64,000 nucleotides of DNA from an uncultured Prevotella sp. (GTDB lineage Bacteria > Bacteroidota > Bacteroidia > Bacteroidales > Bacteroidaceae). Location of the stretch: assembly GCA_964511295.1 (NCBI GenBank), contig CAZEEP010000001.1, positions 71,022-135,021 on the forward strand. Direction: 5' to 3'. A program made the position numbers and the translations under genes. Shown piece after piece: positions 45,721 through 54,649 of the stretch (positions are counted from its first letter, which is position 1; each line of letters opens with the position of its first letter). The notes beneath the pieces are model-generated. The model did no database searches, was not told the DNA's origin, and was given only the letters and a program-made list of their open reading frames with translations.

Positions 45721-45853
45721 ATTATTTCTTTTTTTAGAACAAAAGAATAAAAAGAATAATCGCTTCGCTAAGAATAAAAGCCATTACTTACAAGGTTTGT
45801 CTATCTTAAATTTGGCTCTTACCCTTTTATTCTTTAATTCCTTTTATCCTTTT

Positions 45854-47053
45854 TTATTTACTACTCATCGCGTTGGCGAAATCTTTGGCGTTGCCCTGTG
45901 CCGCGCCAAGCTGCTCAGCTTTCTTCACCTCCTGCTCATACTGCTCCTCAGTGATAGGCGTGATGGCTTGCCCGTCGGTCAGTTTCGTTATGCCCTTCAC
46001 GACATAGCGGTCGCCCACGGCAAGACCCTTGCTGACAACGTAGTTGATGCCGTCGTTCTGCGGCTCAACGCTGACCTCTGAGTAGTGCACCTTGTTGTCC
46101 TTGTCAACCTTATAGATGAAAATCTTGTCCTGCACCTGAGCCGTAGAGTTCTGCGGTATGATTATTGCGTTATCGTGCACGCGCGGCACGATGATTGTGC
46201 CTGCACCGCCGCTCTTAAGCAGACCGTCGGGGTTGGTGAAGTGGGCAATGAGGCTATACGAACCAGTGGTGGCATCTATTACGCCGCTCATCTTCACGAG
46301 CTTGCCGGGATGGTTGTACACCGTTCCGTCGGCAAGTTGCAGCTTCAGCGTCGGGAATGAATTGATTGCACCAGCCGTTGAGCCGTATTGCTTCTGGATT
46401 GAAAGCATCTGTGCCTCGTTCAGCGAGAAGAAGACCTCTACTGTCGATACATCGGAAACCGTGGTGAGCTGAGTGGCCGCACTGACGAGCGCACCCTTCT
46501 TGTAAGGCAGGCTGCCCACGACACCACTTGCAGGCGACGTGACCGAGCACCAGGCGAGCTGCTCCTTTGCGGATGCAAGTGCAGCCTCAGCCTGTGCCAC
46601 CTGTGCCTGTGCCTGCGCAAGGCTGTTCTTTGAAATGGAAAGCTCATACTGACCAATGATGTGCTGGTCGAAAAGCTTCTGGTTGTTGTCGTAAGTGGTC
46701 TTTGCAGTGTTGGCAGCGGCCTTTGCGGTGTTGACAGCAGCCTGAGCCGAGCGCACGGAGGCGCGGTAAGTCTCACTGTCGATAGTGAAAAGCACCTGTC
46801 CGGCACTCACACGCTGACCCTCATGAACAAGGACATTCGTTATGAAACCTGAGACTTTAGGACTCACCGTGACATCCTGAATACCCTTGATAGTGGCAGG
46901 GAAAGTGGTCTGCATGTCTGCCGATGACGCTCCCACTGTTACTACTGGGTAATGGTCATTACCCAAGTTGGCAAGACTGTTGCGACCTTTACTTCCACAA
47001 GAAGCGAGGCTCAAAGCAGCCAAACCTACAAACAAATAACTCTTAATTTTCAT
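45854..47053 (-). CDS. RND efflux periplasmic adaptor (membrane fusion protein)
   Basis: Lipoprotein signal MKIKSYLFVGLAALSLASCGS (start trimmed to Met24; cat at 47051-47053). Biotinyl-lipoyl-like VSGFITNVLVHEGQRVSAGQVLFTID, alpha-hairpin QAQAQVAQAEAALASA, and beta-barrel domains. Confidence 0.88.
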   Translation of the reverse strand: MKIKSYLFVGLAALSLASCGSKGRNSLANLGNDHYPVVTVGASSADMQTTFPATIKGIQDVTVSPKVSGFITNVLVHEGQRVSAGQVLFTIDSETYRASVRSAQAAVNTAKAAANTAKTTYDNNQKLFDQHIIGQYELSISKNSLAQAQAQVAQAEAALASAKEQLAWCSVTSPASGVVGSLPYKKGALVSAATQLTTVSDVSTVEVFFSLNEAQMLSIQKQYGSTAGAINSFPTLKLQLADGTVYNHPGKLVKMSGVIDATTGSYSLIAHFTNPDGLLKSGGAGTIIVPRVHDNAIIIPQNSTAQVQDKIFIYKVDKDNKVHYSEVSVEPQNDGINYVVSKGLAVGDRYVVKGITKLTDGQAITPITEEQYEQEVKKAEQLGAAQGNAKDFANAMSSK

Positions 47054-47292
47054 ACCTATATATAAAATGTAATTATTAAAATCTATTTTCAGACCTTCCC
47101 TTACAGGAGAAATGAAATACACATTATCCTAAAAACGCTGCAAAATTAAGAAGAAAAAAGCAGAAAACTATTTTTGGAATACAAGTTTTAACAACAATTA
47201 GATAGGTTTTTTCTTTCTTATAGCCAACACGCGCAATATATGAAAGAAGACTGCGTTTAAACAATAACAAAGAAGAAAAGAACAACGATTTT

Positions 47293-48006
47293 ATGCAAAG
47301 AAAGAGGTTCCTATTACTGCTTGTGCTTGGCGTGTTTGCCACAATGTCTTCCCAAGCTCAGCCGGAAGCAGGCACATTTTCCATTATCCCACGCTTTGGC
47401 GTTTCTCTGTCAAACATAACCAACGAAAGCCTTAACATAGCAGCCAACTCAACGGGTAGCGATTACTCGCTTGACAGCAAATATCGCGAAGGGGCATTGG
47501 GAGGTGTCGACGTGCAATATCAAGTAAACAATATACTGGCTCTATCAGCCGGACTGTCGTATTCAAGGCTTGGATGCAAATACGAGGATTCTGACATTAC
47601 GGGCTTTCAGCCCGGCGAATATAATGTATTCAGCAACTGCCGTATCAGCATCGACTACCTGAACCTGCCACTTCTTGCCCATGCCTATATAGCCAACGGC
47701 TTCTCTGTGAACGCCGGAGTGCAGGTGGGTTACAAGGTTCACAGCAACATGCACACTGAAAGCACTAAAGTCACAATCAACAAGAACGGGAGCTATAGTT
47801 ATGCCGACGTTCCACAGAAAGACGACAAAGAGTATCTTTATATCAACAAGTTTGATTTCTCCATTCCCGTTGGCATCTCCTACGAATACGCCAACGTGGT
47901 ACTCGACTTGCGATACAATATAGGCATTACCAAGGTCTTCGACTTGACGGACCACGGCGAAAACAGGAGCATAGCCTTTTCTGTAGGTTACAAGCTGAAC
48001 CTGTAG
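47293..48006 (+). CDS. Small outer-membrane beta-barrel protein (OMP_b-brl / porin family)
   Basis: Signal peptide (VFATMSSQAQ). The pattern FSIIPRFGVSLSN.., GVDVQYQV, LSAGLSYSRLG, and C-terminal ..IAFSVGYKLNL is typical of 8-10-stranded barrels. Confidence 0.65.
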   Translation: MQRKRFLLLLVLGVFATMSSQAQPEAGTFSIIPRFGVSLSNITNESLNIAANSTGSDYSLDSKYREGALGGVDVQYQVNNILALSAGLSYSRLGCKYEDSDITGFQPGEYNVFSNCRISIDYLNLPLLAHAYIANGFSVNAGVQVGYKVHSNMHTESTKVTINKNGSYSYADVPQKDDKEYLYINKFDFSIPVGISYEYANVVLDLRYNIGITKVFDLTDHGENRSIAFSVGYKLNL

Positions 48007-48043
48007 GCAGTAACACTCGTCAGCCTTGCGAGTGCCACACAGA

Positions 48044-48156
48044 CGGCGCACGTGTCACACTCGCACGGCGTGCGTAGATAGAACATACGCCGTACATAGA
48101 AGGCATGTACGGCGTACGTAAGTAGATATACGGCGTAAAGAATTCTTTACGCCGCA
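48044..48156. repeat. 22-bp-phased CGGCG/CGCCG array (locus B) between convergent genes
   Basis: Pentamers start at 48044, 48066, 48088 (CGCCG), 48110, 48131 and 48150 (CGCCG). It contains two perfect hairpins: TACGCCGTACAT/ATGTACGGCGTA, and CGGCGTAAAGAATTCTTTACGCCG centred on GAATTC. Confidence 0.8.
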
Positions 48157-48189
48157 ATTATTATGCCAAAAGCAAGACGGAAAGGCTTA

Positions 48190-48669
48190 TCATTGCGGAT
48201 AAGCCATGTTCTCAGGCTTTATGTTTTCAAGCACTTCGGCGAGGAACTTGCGTGCTTCCCACCGCGCCATAGGCAGGTCGTGGAGCAGGTAATTGCCACA
48301 ATCGCGAGGCGCAGCACCGGGTATTTCACCCTCATAACCGGCTACAAAACTGAAAGTCCTGCGCATGAGGTCAACAATGTCCTGCGGTTCAAGGTCGCCT
48401 CGCAACAAAAGATAGTTGCCCGTGAGGCACCCCATCGGCCCCCAATAAATCACACGGTCTTTCCACTCGGTGTCGTTTCTGAGGAACGTGGCGGCAAGAT
48501 GCTCTATCGTGTGCAGTGCGCCGGCATGAACCACCGGCTCACGATTGGGTTCCTTCATGCGTATGTCGAACGTGGTGACGGTCTCGCCGCCCACTTCGTC
48601 TTTTCTCGAAACATATATGCCACGAAGCAGTTTCTCGTGGTTTATGGTGAAGCTTGGTATTTTATTCAT
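48190..48669 (-). CDS. luxS: S-ribosylhomocysteine lyase (LuxS)
   Basis: The metal-binding HTIEH motif, GPMGCLTG, and an overall length of 159 aa match LuxS. Confidence 0.9.
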   Translation of the reverse strand: MNKIPSFTINHEKLLRGIYVSRKDEVGGETVTTFDIRMKEPNREPVVHAGALHTIEHLAATFLRNDTEWKDRVIYWGPMGCLTGNYLLLRGDLEPQDIVDLMRRTFSFVAGYEGEIPGAAPRDCGNYLLHDLPMARWEARKFLAEVLENIKPENMAYPQ

Positions 48670-48707
48670 CTTAATTGTAAAAGCAAATACTTCTTTAAAA
48701 ACCTATT

Positions 48708-50189
48708 TTAATAATCCACCGTCACCGATGCAGGATATACGCGGTAAGGGTCAAACCACAGCTTGCAACTGCTTGTCATGTCGTCGAGGCTTGGCTTGAG
48801 CTTGCCGCTGAAAACCTTTTCGCCGTTTACATATACGGTTACCTTTTGCTTCAAGTCGACCAGCTTGTCGTTAAGATAAATCCTCAGTCTGCCGCCTGTA
48901 GCCTTCGTGTAGTGCTTCTTTACGTTCAGCTCAATGTCCCATTGCGGATCTTTCTCCGTCACGGTATACTCTGCGTTGCTCACCGTCAGCCTTATGTCGT
49001 TGCCGTCAATGTCCATGACATAGTAGGTGCGGATGCTGTCATTGGTCTGCCGCCCGTTGTCCGGCCGTTTCTCTACGCACAGGTTATAGAACCCACGGCG
49101 ATACCTCCCGTCCATTTCGAAGTCTTCCCACATCACTTTCTTAGGATAAGGATTGCGCGTAAAGGTTTTCAGCCACGGTGTCGTCAGCCTGTAGTCGATG
49201 GTGTGTCCGTGTTTTGGGATAAGCTCAACACGATGGCGGAAAAGCGAGTCGCCCGTTTGCCGAGACACATTGTCGACGCGCTGAAGCGAGTCGAACGCCT
49301 CGGCAGTGCGCATGGTGAGTCGGCTGCGGTAGAAACCATAGTCGAGCTCGCCTGTCAAGAGCGAGAAGCCTATGTTGGCGCAGTTCTCAGGAGGAGCGTT
49401 GCGCAGAGGCTCACCACCAGCCATAGGGCCGGCAGCAGCCCAATAGTCAGCATAAAACGAAGCCAGCCGCTGGCTGCCATAGCCGCCTTCGGAAATGCCG
49501 AAGACATAAACATGGTTAGCGTCCACGAAGCCACTGCTGAGCGTCTGGCGCAACAGCTTTTCCCAAGCGAACTGCTTGGCGCGCTGCCACCAACGGTAAT
49601 ACTGGCCTGTGTTGGGTATCTGCGGAATGAAATAAACCGACGGACTGTCATTGAAAATCATAGCCCAGCGGCGGCCGTACATCCATTCGAGGTCGCGCGG
49701 CCCTGACCCGTGCAGATAAAGGTACATAGGATAAAGCCCGCCGGCAGGCTCTGAGCCTTTCGAGCCCCAGAAATAATTCATGTGTGCGTCGGCCTCCAGC
49801 GTTGCCGGCAAAAGCCATGAGCCGGTAACGCTGTCGCTGAGATTGCGCAGGCTCGGCAGCTTGCCATCAGACATCGTGGCGTTGGCTTCGCGCCATGCTT
49901 TCCACACCAGCCTTTGCCAAACGCCGGCATCAGCCATCTTCTTTATCTTTGCCGCAAAGCTTGGTTCCACGACCTGCTCTCTGCCTCCCATAAACGCCGA
50001 GGCATCAAGGCTCAACGCCTTAGAGTCGGCAAGAAGGCTCTGGCGGAAGCTTTCGGCAAGCAACCTCACCACCTCGGCAGAGTCAGAAGCCGCCAATGTC
50101 GTCTTTTTCTTGTTTGATACATTTCCGGCAAAGCCGTAAAGCGTGCTGAGCAAGCACGCAAGGACTATTGCCGACATGTTGATTTTCAT
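48708..50189 (-). CDS. Secreted alpha/beta-hydrolase-fold esterase-like protein, 493 aa
   Basis: Signal peptide. YLYLHGSGPRD (oxyanion-region-like) and VYVFGISEGGYGS (GxSxG nucleophile elbow). Confidence 0.55.
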   Translation of the reverse strand: MKINMSAIVLACLLSTLYGFAGNVSNKKKTTLAASDSAEVVRLLAESFRQSLLADSKALSLDASAFMGGREQVVEPSFAAKIKKMADAGVWQRLVWKAWREANATMSDGKLPSLRNLSDSVTGSWLLPATLEADAHMNYFWGSKGSEPAGGLYPMYLYLHGSGPRDLEWMYGRRWAMIFNDSPSVYFIPQIPNTGQYYRWWQRAKQFAWEKLLRQTLSSGFVDANHVYVFGISEGGYGSQRLASFYADYWAAAGPMAGGEPLRNAPPENCANIGFSLLTGELDYGFYRSRLTMRTAEAFDSLQRVDNVSRQTGDSLFRHRVELIPKHGHTIDYRLTTPWLKTFTRNPYPKKVMWEDFEMDGRYRRGFYNLCVEKRPDNGRQTNDSIRTYYVMDIDGNDIRLTVSNAEYTVTEKDPQWDIELNVKKHYTKATGGRLRIYLNDKLVDLKQKVTVYVNGEKVFSGKLKPSLDDMTSSCKLWFDPYRVYPASVTVDY

Positions 50190-50211
50190 AAACTTTTATT
50201 TAGAATTTTGA

Positions 50212-50919
50212 TTAATTGTCAGCTTCACTTATAGCCTTCAGAAACACTCTGGTCACCTCAAAGCTTCCTTCCGCCATGCGATCCCAAAAGTCAAAATACT
50301 GAGCCGCCTTGTTGTCCTTAAGCGGCACATCGCTGATGATGCGGAAAGAAACAAACGGCACACCATAGATGTGGCACGTCTGGGCAATGGAACAGCTTTC
50401 CATGTCCACGGCCTCAGCCTCGGGAAAGCGTTCGAGGATAGCCCGCATCTTCTCGCGCGAATCGACGAACCAGTCGCCGCTCACCGTCAGTCCGCTCTTT
50501 ATCTTCTTGCCTTCAGGCATGTCGATGGCAAGAGCCTTGCTCACCAAGCCTTCCGGAGCCGCAAAGCGTGCAGGCAAGCCCGGCACCTGCCCGAAAGCGG
50601 CATTGTCGCCACAATAGACATCGTGGTAAACGCATTCGGATGCCACAACAACGTCCATTACATTGAGACCGGTGTCGGCACCGCCTGCGCATCCGGTTGA
50701 GACTATAAGGTCGGGATGATAATTGTCTATGAGCTCCACGGCACCAACCGCCGAGTTCACCTTGCCAATACCACACTGCTGCATGATAACTTCCAAGCCA
50801 TGAAGCGTGCCAATGACAAACGTTTTGTTGTGACGGCTTTCTTCGTGGGAAGAATCAAGCAAGGTGCGCAGCTGCGCAAACTCCTTGTCCATCGCAACAA
50901 TGATTCCTATTTTCTTCAA
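50212..50919 (-). CDS. mtnN: 5'-methylthioadenosine / S-adenosylhomocysteine nucleosidase (MtnN/Pfs)
   Basis: MKKIGIIVAMDKEF, STGCAGGAD and AVDMESCSIAQTCHIYGVPFVSFRIISD. Confidence 0.88.
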   Translation of the reverse strand: MKKIGIIVAMDKEFAQLRTLLDSSHEESRHNKTFVIGTLHGLEVIMQQCGIGKVNSAVGAVELIDNYHPDLIVSTGCAGGADTGLNVMDVVVASECVYHDVYCGDNAAFGQVPGLPARFAAPEGLVSKALAIDMPEGKKIKSGLTVSGDWFVDSREKMRAILERFPEAEAVDMESCSIAQTCHIYGVPFVSFRIISDVPLKDNKAAQYFDFWDRMAEGSFEVTRVFLKAISEADN

Positions 50920-51019
50920 AATCGCAAAATTGATGGTTATTAATAATGCAAAGTTACTAAAATAAGGGCAAAGCCGACGTTTTAACTTTAAACTTTTGAC
51001 ATTTCATCAAAAAAATACC

Positions 51020-51027
51020 TAACTTTG
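51020..51027 (+). promoter_or_regulatory. -7 box TAACTTTG upstream of the yfhO-like gene
   Basis: TAnnTTTG match, 23 nt upstream of the ATG at 51050. Confidence 0.45.
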
Positions 51028-51049
51028 TGCAAAATATCAACAGCTTAGT

Positions 51050-53554
51050 ATGAAAACTTTGAAGAAATGGCTGCCCGACATCGTGGCAGTGGTGCTTTTT
51101 GCCCTAATAGCATTTGTTTATTTTGCACCTGCCGACATCGACGGGCGCATACTCTACCAACACGACTCACAGGCAGGCGTGGGCGCAGGGCAGGAAGCAA
51201 AACAGTATCAGGAAAAGACCGGCGAAAAGACATGGTGGACGAACTCGCTTTTCAGCGGCATGCCAATGTACCAGATCGCTCCGTCGTACAAGAGCACCAG
51301 CCTCCTGAGCCAAGCCACAAAGGTTTACCACCTGTGGATGCCCGACAACGTATGGTACCTGTTTGCCTACCTCTTGGGGTTCTACATACTGCTAAGAGCG
51401 TTCAATTTCCGCCAGCATCTCGCCGTGCTGGGCTCCATAATATGGGCGTTCTCAAGCTATTTCCTCATCATCATAGCCGCAGGGCACATCTGGAAAGTGA
51501 TGGCACTTGCCTACCTGCCGCCCATGATAGGCGGCATGGTGCTCGCCTACCGTGGCAAATACCTGTGGGGATTCATCGTCACGGCTATCTTCGCGGCGTT
51601 TGAGGTCAACGCCAACCATGTGCAGATGACCTATTACTACCTGTTCATTATCCTCTTTATGGTTGTGGCGTGGTTCGTCTCCGCCATCCGCAACCATTGG
51701 CTCCCCCGTTTCTGGAAAGCTACGCTCGTGGCGTTGGCGGGCGGCTTAATAGGCATTTGCCTGAATATTTCCAACCTTTACCATACGTGGGAATACTCTC
51801 AGCAAAGCATGAGAGGAAAAAGCGAACTGGTGAAAAAGAACACTGCCAACCAGACATCGAGCGGTCTTGACCGCGACTATATCACGCAGTGGAGCTACGG
51901 CATAGACGAGACATGGACTCTGCTTGTGCCAAACGCCAAGGGCGGCGCAAGCGTTCCAATGTCTGCCAACAGCAAGGCTATGGAGAAGGCTGACCCTCAG
52001 CTCATGCAGGCCTACCAACAGCTCGGGCAGTATTGGGGCGACCAGCCCATGACGAGCGGTCCCGTCTACGTTGGGGCTTTCGTGCTGATGCTGTTCTTCC
52101 TTGGATTGTTCATTGTGAAAGAACCTATGAAATGGGCTCTGCTTGCTGCCACGGTGTTGAGCATTCTGCTCTCATGGGGGCGCAACTTCATGGGCTTCAC
52201 CAACTTCTTCCTCGACTATGTGCCCATGTATGCCAAGTTCCGCACGGTGTCCTCAATACTCGTAATAGCCGAATTCACCATCCCGTTGCTGGCAATGATG
52301 GCTTTGAAGAAAATCGTAGACGAGCCTGAGATATTGAAGAAAAAGATGCGGTGGGTATGGGTGTCGTTCGCCCTCACCGGCGGTTTTGCCCTCGTTTTCT
52401 GGCTTGCCCCGGGACTGTTCTTTTCCAGCTTCATCTCGCATAACGAGCTGATGCAGTTCAATCAAATAGCCCAACAGGGAAGTGACGCAGCACAGTTTGT
52501 GAACATGCTCAAAGCCAACCTCACGAGCGTACGGGAATACATATTCTCAAGCGACGCCCTGCGGTCGTTCATTATCATCGCCATCGGCACGGCCTTGCTT
52601 CTGCTTTACAAATACCGCAAGCTCAACTCGCAGTTCATGGTGGGCTGCATTGCCTTGCTCTGCCTCATCGACATGTGGCAGGTGGACAAGCGCTACCTCA
52701 ACGACTCGATGTTCGTGGAGAAGAGCGTGCGCGACACTCCGCAACAAATGACCCAGACCGACAGGCTGATTCTGCAAGACAAAGGCCTTGACTACCGCGT
52801 ACTCAACCTGGCTTCGAACACGTTCAATGAGAATGAGACTTCCTATTACCACAAGAGCATTGGCGGATACAATGCCGCCAAGCTGCACCGCTATCAGGAC
52901 ATGATCGACTATTACATTGCTCCTGAAATGCAGAAGATGATGCCTGCAATATCGAGCGCGGGCGGCGACATGACGAAGGTGAACGGCGACAGCATATTCC
53001 CCGTACTCAATATGCTCAATGCCAAGTACATCATCCTGCCGTTGCAGAACGGGCAAAACGCACCGCTGCAAAACCCATACGTCAACGGAAACGCTTGGTT
53101 TGTGGACAAGCTTGCCTATGTTGACAATGCCAATCAGGAGATTGACCGAGTGGGGAAGATTGACCTGAAGCACGAAGCCGTTGCCGACAAGAAGTTTGAA
53201 GCTCAGCTTGGCAAGGCTGTAAGGCAGGACGGTACGTCTATGGTCACCATAAAGAGCTATGCGCCAAACCACCTTGTATATGAAACAAATTCTGACAAGG
53301 GCGGCGTACTGGTATTCTCAGAGATTTATTATCCGGGCTGGACAGCTACGGTTGACGGACAAAAAACTGACATAGGCAGGGTGAACTACATCCTGCGTGC
53401 CATCAACACCAAGCCCGGCAAGCACGAAGTGGTGCTCGATTTCCACCCTGCTTCCATACGCACCACCGAGGGCATAGCCTATGCGTCATACGGCATCCTT
53501 GCCATCGCAATAGCACTCGGGCTGTTTGTGGAGTACAGGAAAAAGAAGAAATAA
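51050..53554 (+). CDS. YfhO-family polytopic membrane protein (glycosyltransferase-C-like), 834 aa
   Basis: Many TM helices in the N-terminal ~500 aa and one at the extreme C-terminus, with a large extracytoplasmic C-terminal domain. The N-terminus ..YFAPADIDGRILYQHDSQAGVGAGQE..WWTNSLFSGMPMYQI is typical of Bacteroidetes YfhO-like proteins. Confidence 0.6.
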   Translation: MKTLKKWLPDIVAVVLFALIAFVYFAPADIDGRILYQHDSQAGVGAGQEAKQYQEKTGEKTWWTNSLFSGMPMYQIAPSYKSTSLLSQATKVYHLWMPDNVWYLFAYLLGFYILLRAFNFRQHLAVLGSIIWAFSSYFLIIIAAGHIWKVMALAYLPPMIGGMVLAYRGKYLWGFIVTAIFAAFEVNANHVQMTYYYLFIILFMVVAWFVSAIRNHWLPRFWKATLVALAGGLIGICLNISNLYHTWEYSQQSMRGKSELVKKNTANQTSSGLDRDYITQWSYGIDETWTLLVPNAKGGASVPMSANSKAMEKADPQLMQAYQQLGQYWGDQPMTSGPVYVGAFVLMLFFLGLFIVKEPMKWALLAATVLSILLSWGRNFMGFTNFFLDYVPMYAKFRTVSSILVIAEFTIPLLAMMALKKIVDEPEILKKKMRWVWVSFALTGGFALVFWLAPGLFFSSFISHNELMQFNQIAQQGSDAAQFVNMLKANLTSVREYIFSSDALRSFIIIAIGTALLLLYKYRKLNSQFMVGCIALLCLIDMWQVDKRYLNDSMFVEKSVRDTPQQMTQTDRLILQDKGLDYRVLNLASNTFNENETSYYHKSIGGYNAAKLHRYQDMIDYYIAPEMQKMMPAISSAGGDMTKVNGDSIFPVLNMLNAKYIILPLQNGQNAPLQNPYVNGNAWFVDKLAYVDNANQEIDRVGKIDLKHEAVADKKFEAQLGKAVRQDGTSMVTIKSYAPNHLVYETNSDKGGVLVFSEIYYPGWTATVDGQKTDIGRVNYILRAINTKPGKHEVVLDFHPASIRTTEGIAYASYGILAIAIALGLFVEYRKKKK

Positions 53555-53557
53555 TAA

Positions 53558-53591
53558 CCCCACCCCCAGCCCCTCCCCTGAAGGGGGTGGG
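53558..53591. repeat. GC-rich palindromic repeat, copy A
   Basis: CCCCACCCCCAGCCCCTCCCCTGAAGGGGGTGGG. Internal stem CCCACCCCC/GGGGGTGGG. Lies immediately after the yfhO-like stop. Confidence 0.65.
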
Positions 53592-53703
53592 TAGATGCCA
53601 TAGGGACAAAATCTTGGGCTAAGATTAATAGCAAACCGTTAGTTATAGGTTGCGCATCTCCGGCAAAGGAACATTACCTCTTTTTGTCGATTATTAGTGG
53701 GCG

Positions 53704-54567
53704 TTAGTCATTGGTTGCGCATCCCCCTCCCCATTCAGCGGAGGTGCTGGGGATGGGGTCTCGCTGCCTCACCGCCTCGAAAAGCAATATGGCGGCAGAC
53801 ACAGAAACGTTGAGCGAGTCGAGCCTGCCTTTCATCGGTATGCGTATATGCGCGTCGGCAGCATTGCGCCAGGTATTTGTAAGTCCCGTTGACTCTGTGC
53901 CCATGACGATAGCCGTGGGCTTTTTCATGTCCACATCATAATAAAGACTGGAGTCTTGGAGCTGCGCCGTAAGGATGCTTATGCCCCGTTTCTTCAAGAA
54001 AGCAATGCAGTCTTCCGACGAGCACGCCACCGTGGGCACGGTGAATATTGCGCCGATGCTACTGCGTATGAGGTTCGGATTGAAAAGGTCGGTAAGAGGG
54101 TCACAGACAATAACCGCGTCGGCGGCGGCAGCATCAGCCGAACGAAGCACTGCGCCGAGATTGCCAGGCTTTTCCACCCGCTCGAGCACCATTATCAATG
54201 GCGACGGCGGCAACCTCAAGTCGTCAAGCCCCAATGCCCTCACCTTCATTTCGGCAATTGCGCCTTCCGTCGTTCCACGGTATGCCATCTTGCCATATAC
54301 CTGCGGCGAAACCTCAAAGCTTCTCACCTGCGAAGCCAATGCCCTCACCTCGGCTTCGCCCTCATAACCCTGCATCAGCGAGGGACAATAAAACAATGTG
54401 TCTACCTCGAAACCTGCATGAATGCAGTGGAGAAGCTCACGCACGCCCTCAACTACGAAAAGCCCTTCCTTTCGCCGTTCGGATGATTTCTGCTGGAGCA
54501 GCATCAGCTTCTTGACCTTGGGATTTTGCGCGCTCGTTATTATATTGTCTGTTTCCATATTCGACAA
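53704..54567 (-). CDS. TrmH/SpoU-family RNA 2'-O-methyltransferase
   Basis: SpoU motifs VLERVEKPGNLGAVLRSADAAAAD, VMGTESTGL and IPMKGRLDSLNVSVSAAILLFE. The last ~17 codons (PIPSTSAEWGGGCATND) are encoded by the GC-rich repeat. Confidence 0.85.
   Translation of the reverse strand: MSNMETDNIITSAQNPKVKKLMLLQQKSSERRKEGLFVVEGVRELLHCIHAGFEVDTLFYCPSLMQGYEGEAEVRALASQVRSFEVSPQVYGKMAYRGTTEGAIAEMKVRALGLDDLRLPPSPLIMVLERVEKPGNLGAVLRSADAAAADAVIVCDPLTDLFNPNLIRSSIGAIFTVPTVACSSEDCIAFLKKRGISILTAQLQDSSLYYDVDMKKPTAIVMGTESTGLTNTWRNAADAHIRIPMKGRLDSLNVSVSAAILLFEAVRQRDPIPSTSAEWGGGCATND
53722..53759. repeat. GC-rich palindromic repeat, copy B (inverted relative to A)
   Basis: The reverse complement CCCCATCCCCAGCACCTCCGCTGAATGGGGAGGGGG aligns to copy A with about 5 mismatches. 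It is adjacent to one of two direct repeats CGTTAGTnATnGGTTGCGCATC (53637-53661 and 53702-53726). It lies inside the 3' end of the trmH-family ORF. Confidence 0.65.
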
Positions 54568-54604
54568 AATTACTACTTTACAACGGATTGACCAAACAAT
54601 TTGC

Positions 54605-54612
54605 TAACTTTG
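54605..54612 (+). promoter_or_regulatory. -7 box TAACTTTG upstream of the GSCFA gene
   Basis: TAnnTTTG match, 38 nt upstream of the ATG at 54650. Confidence 0.45.
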
Positions 54613-54649
54613 CGTCTCGAAAAGACAGTAAAACAAATATAAGGAAGCT

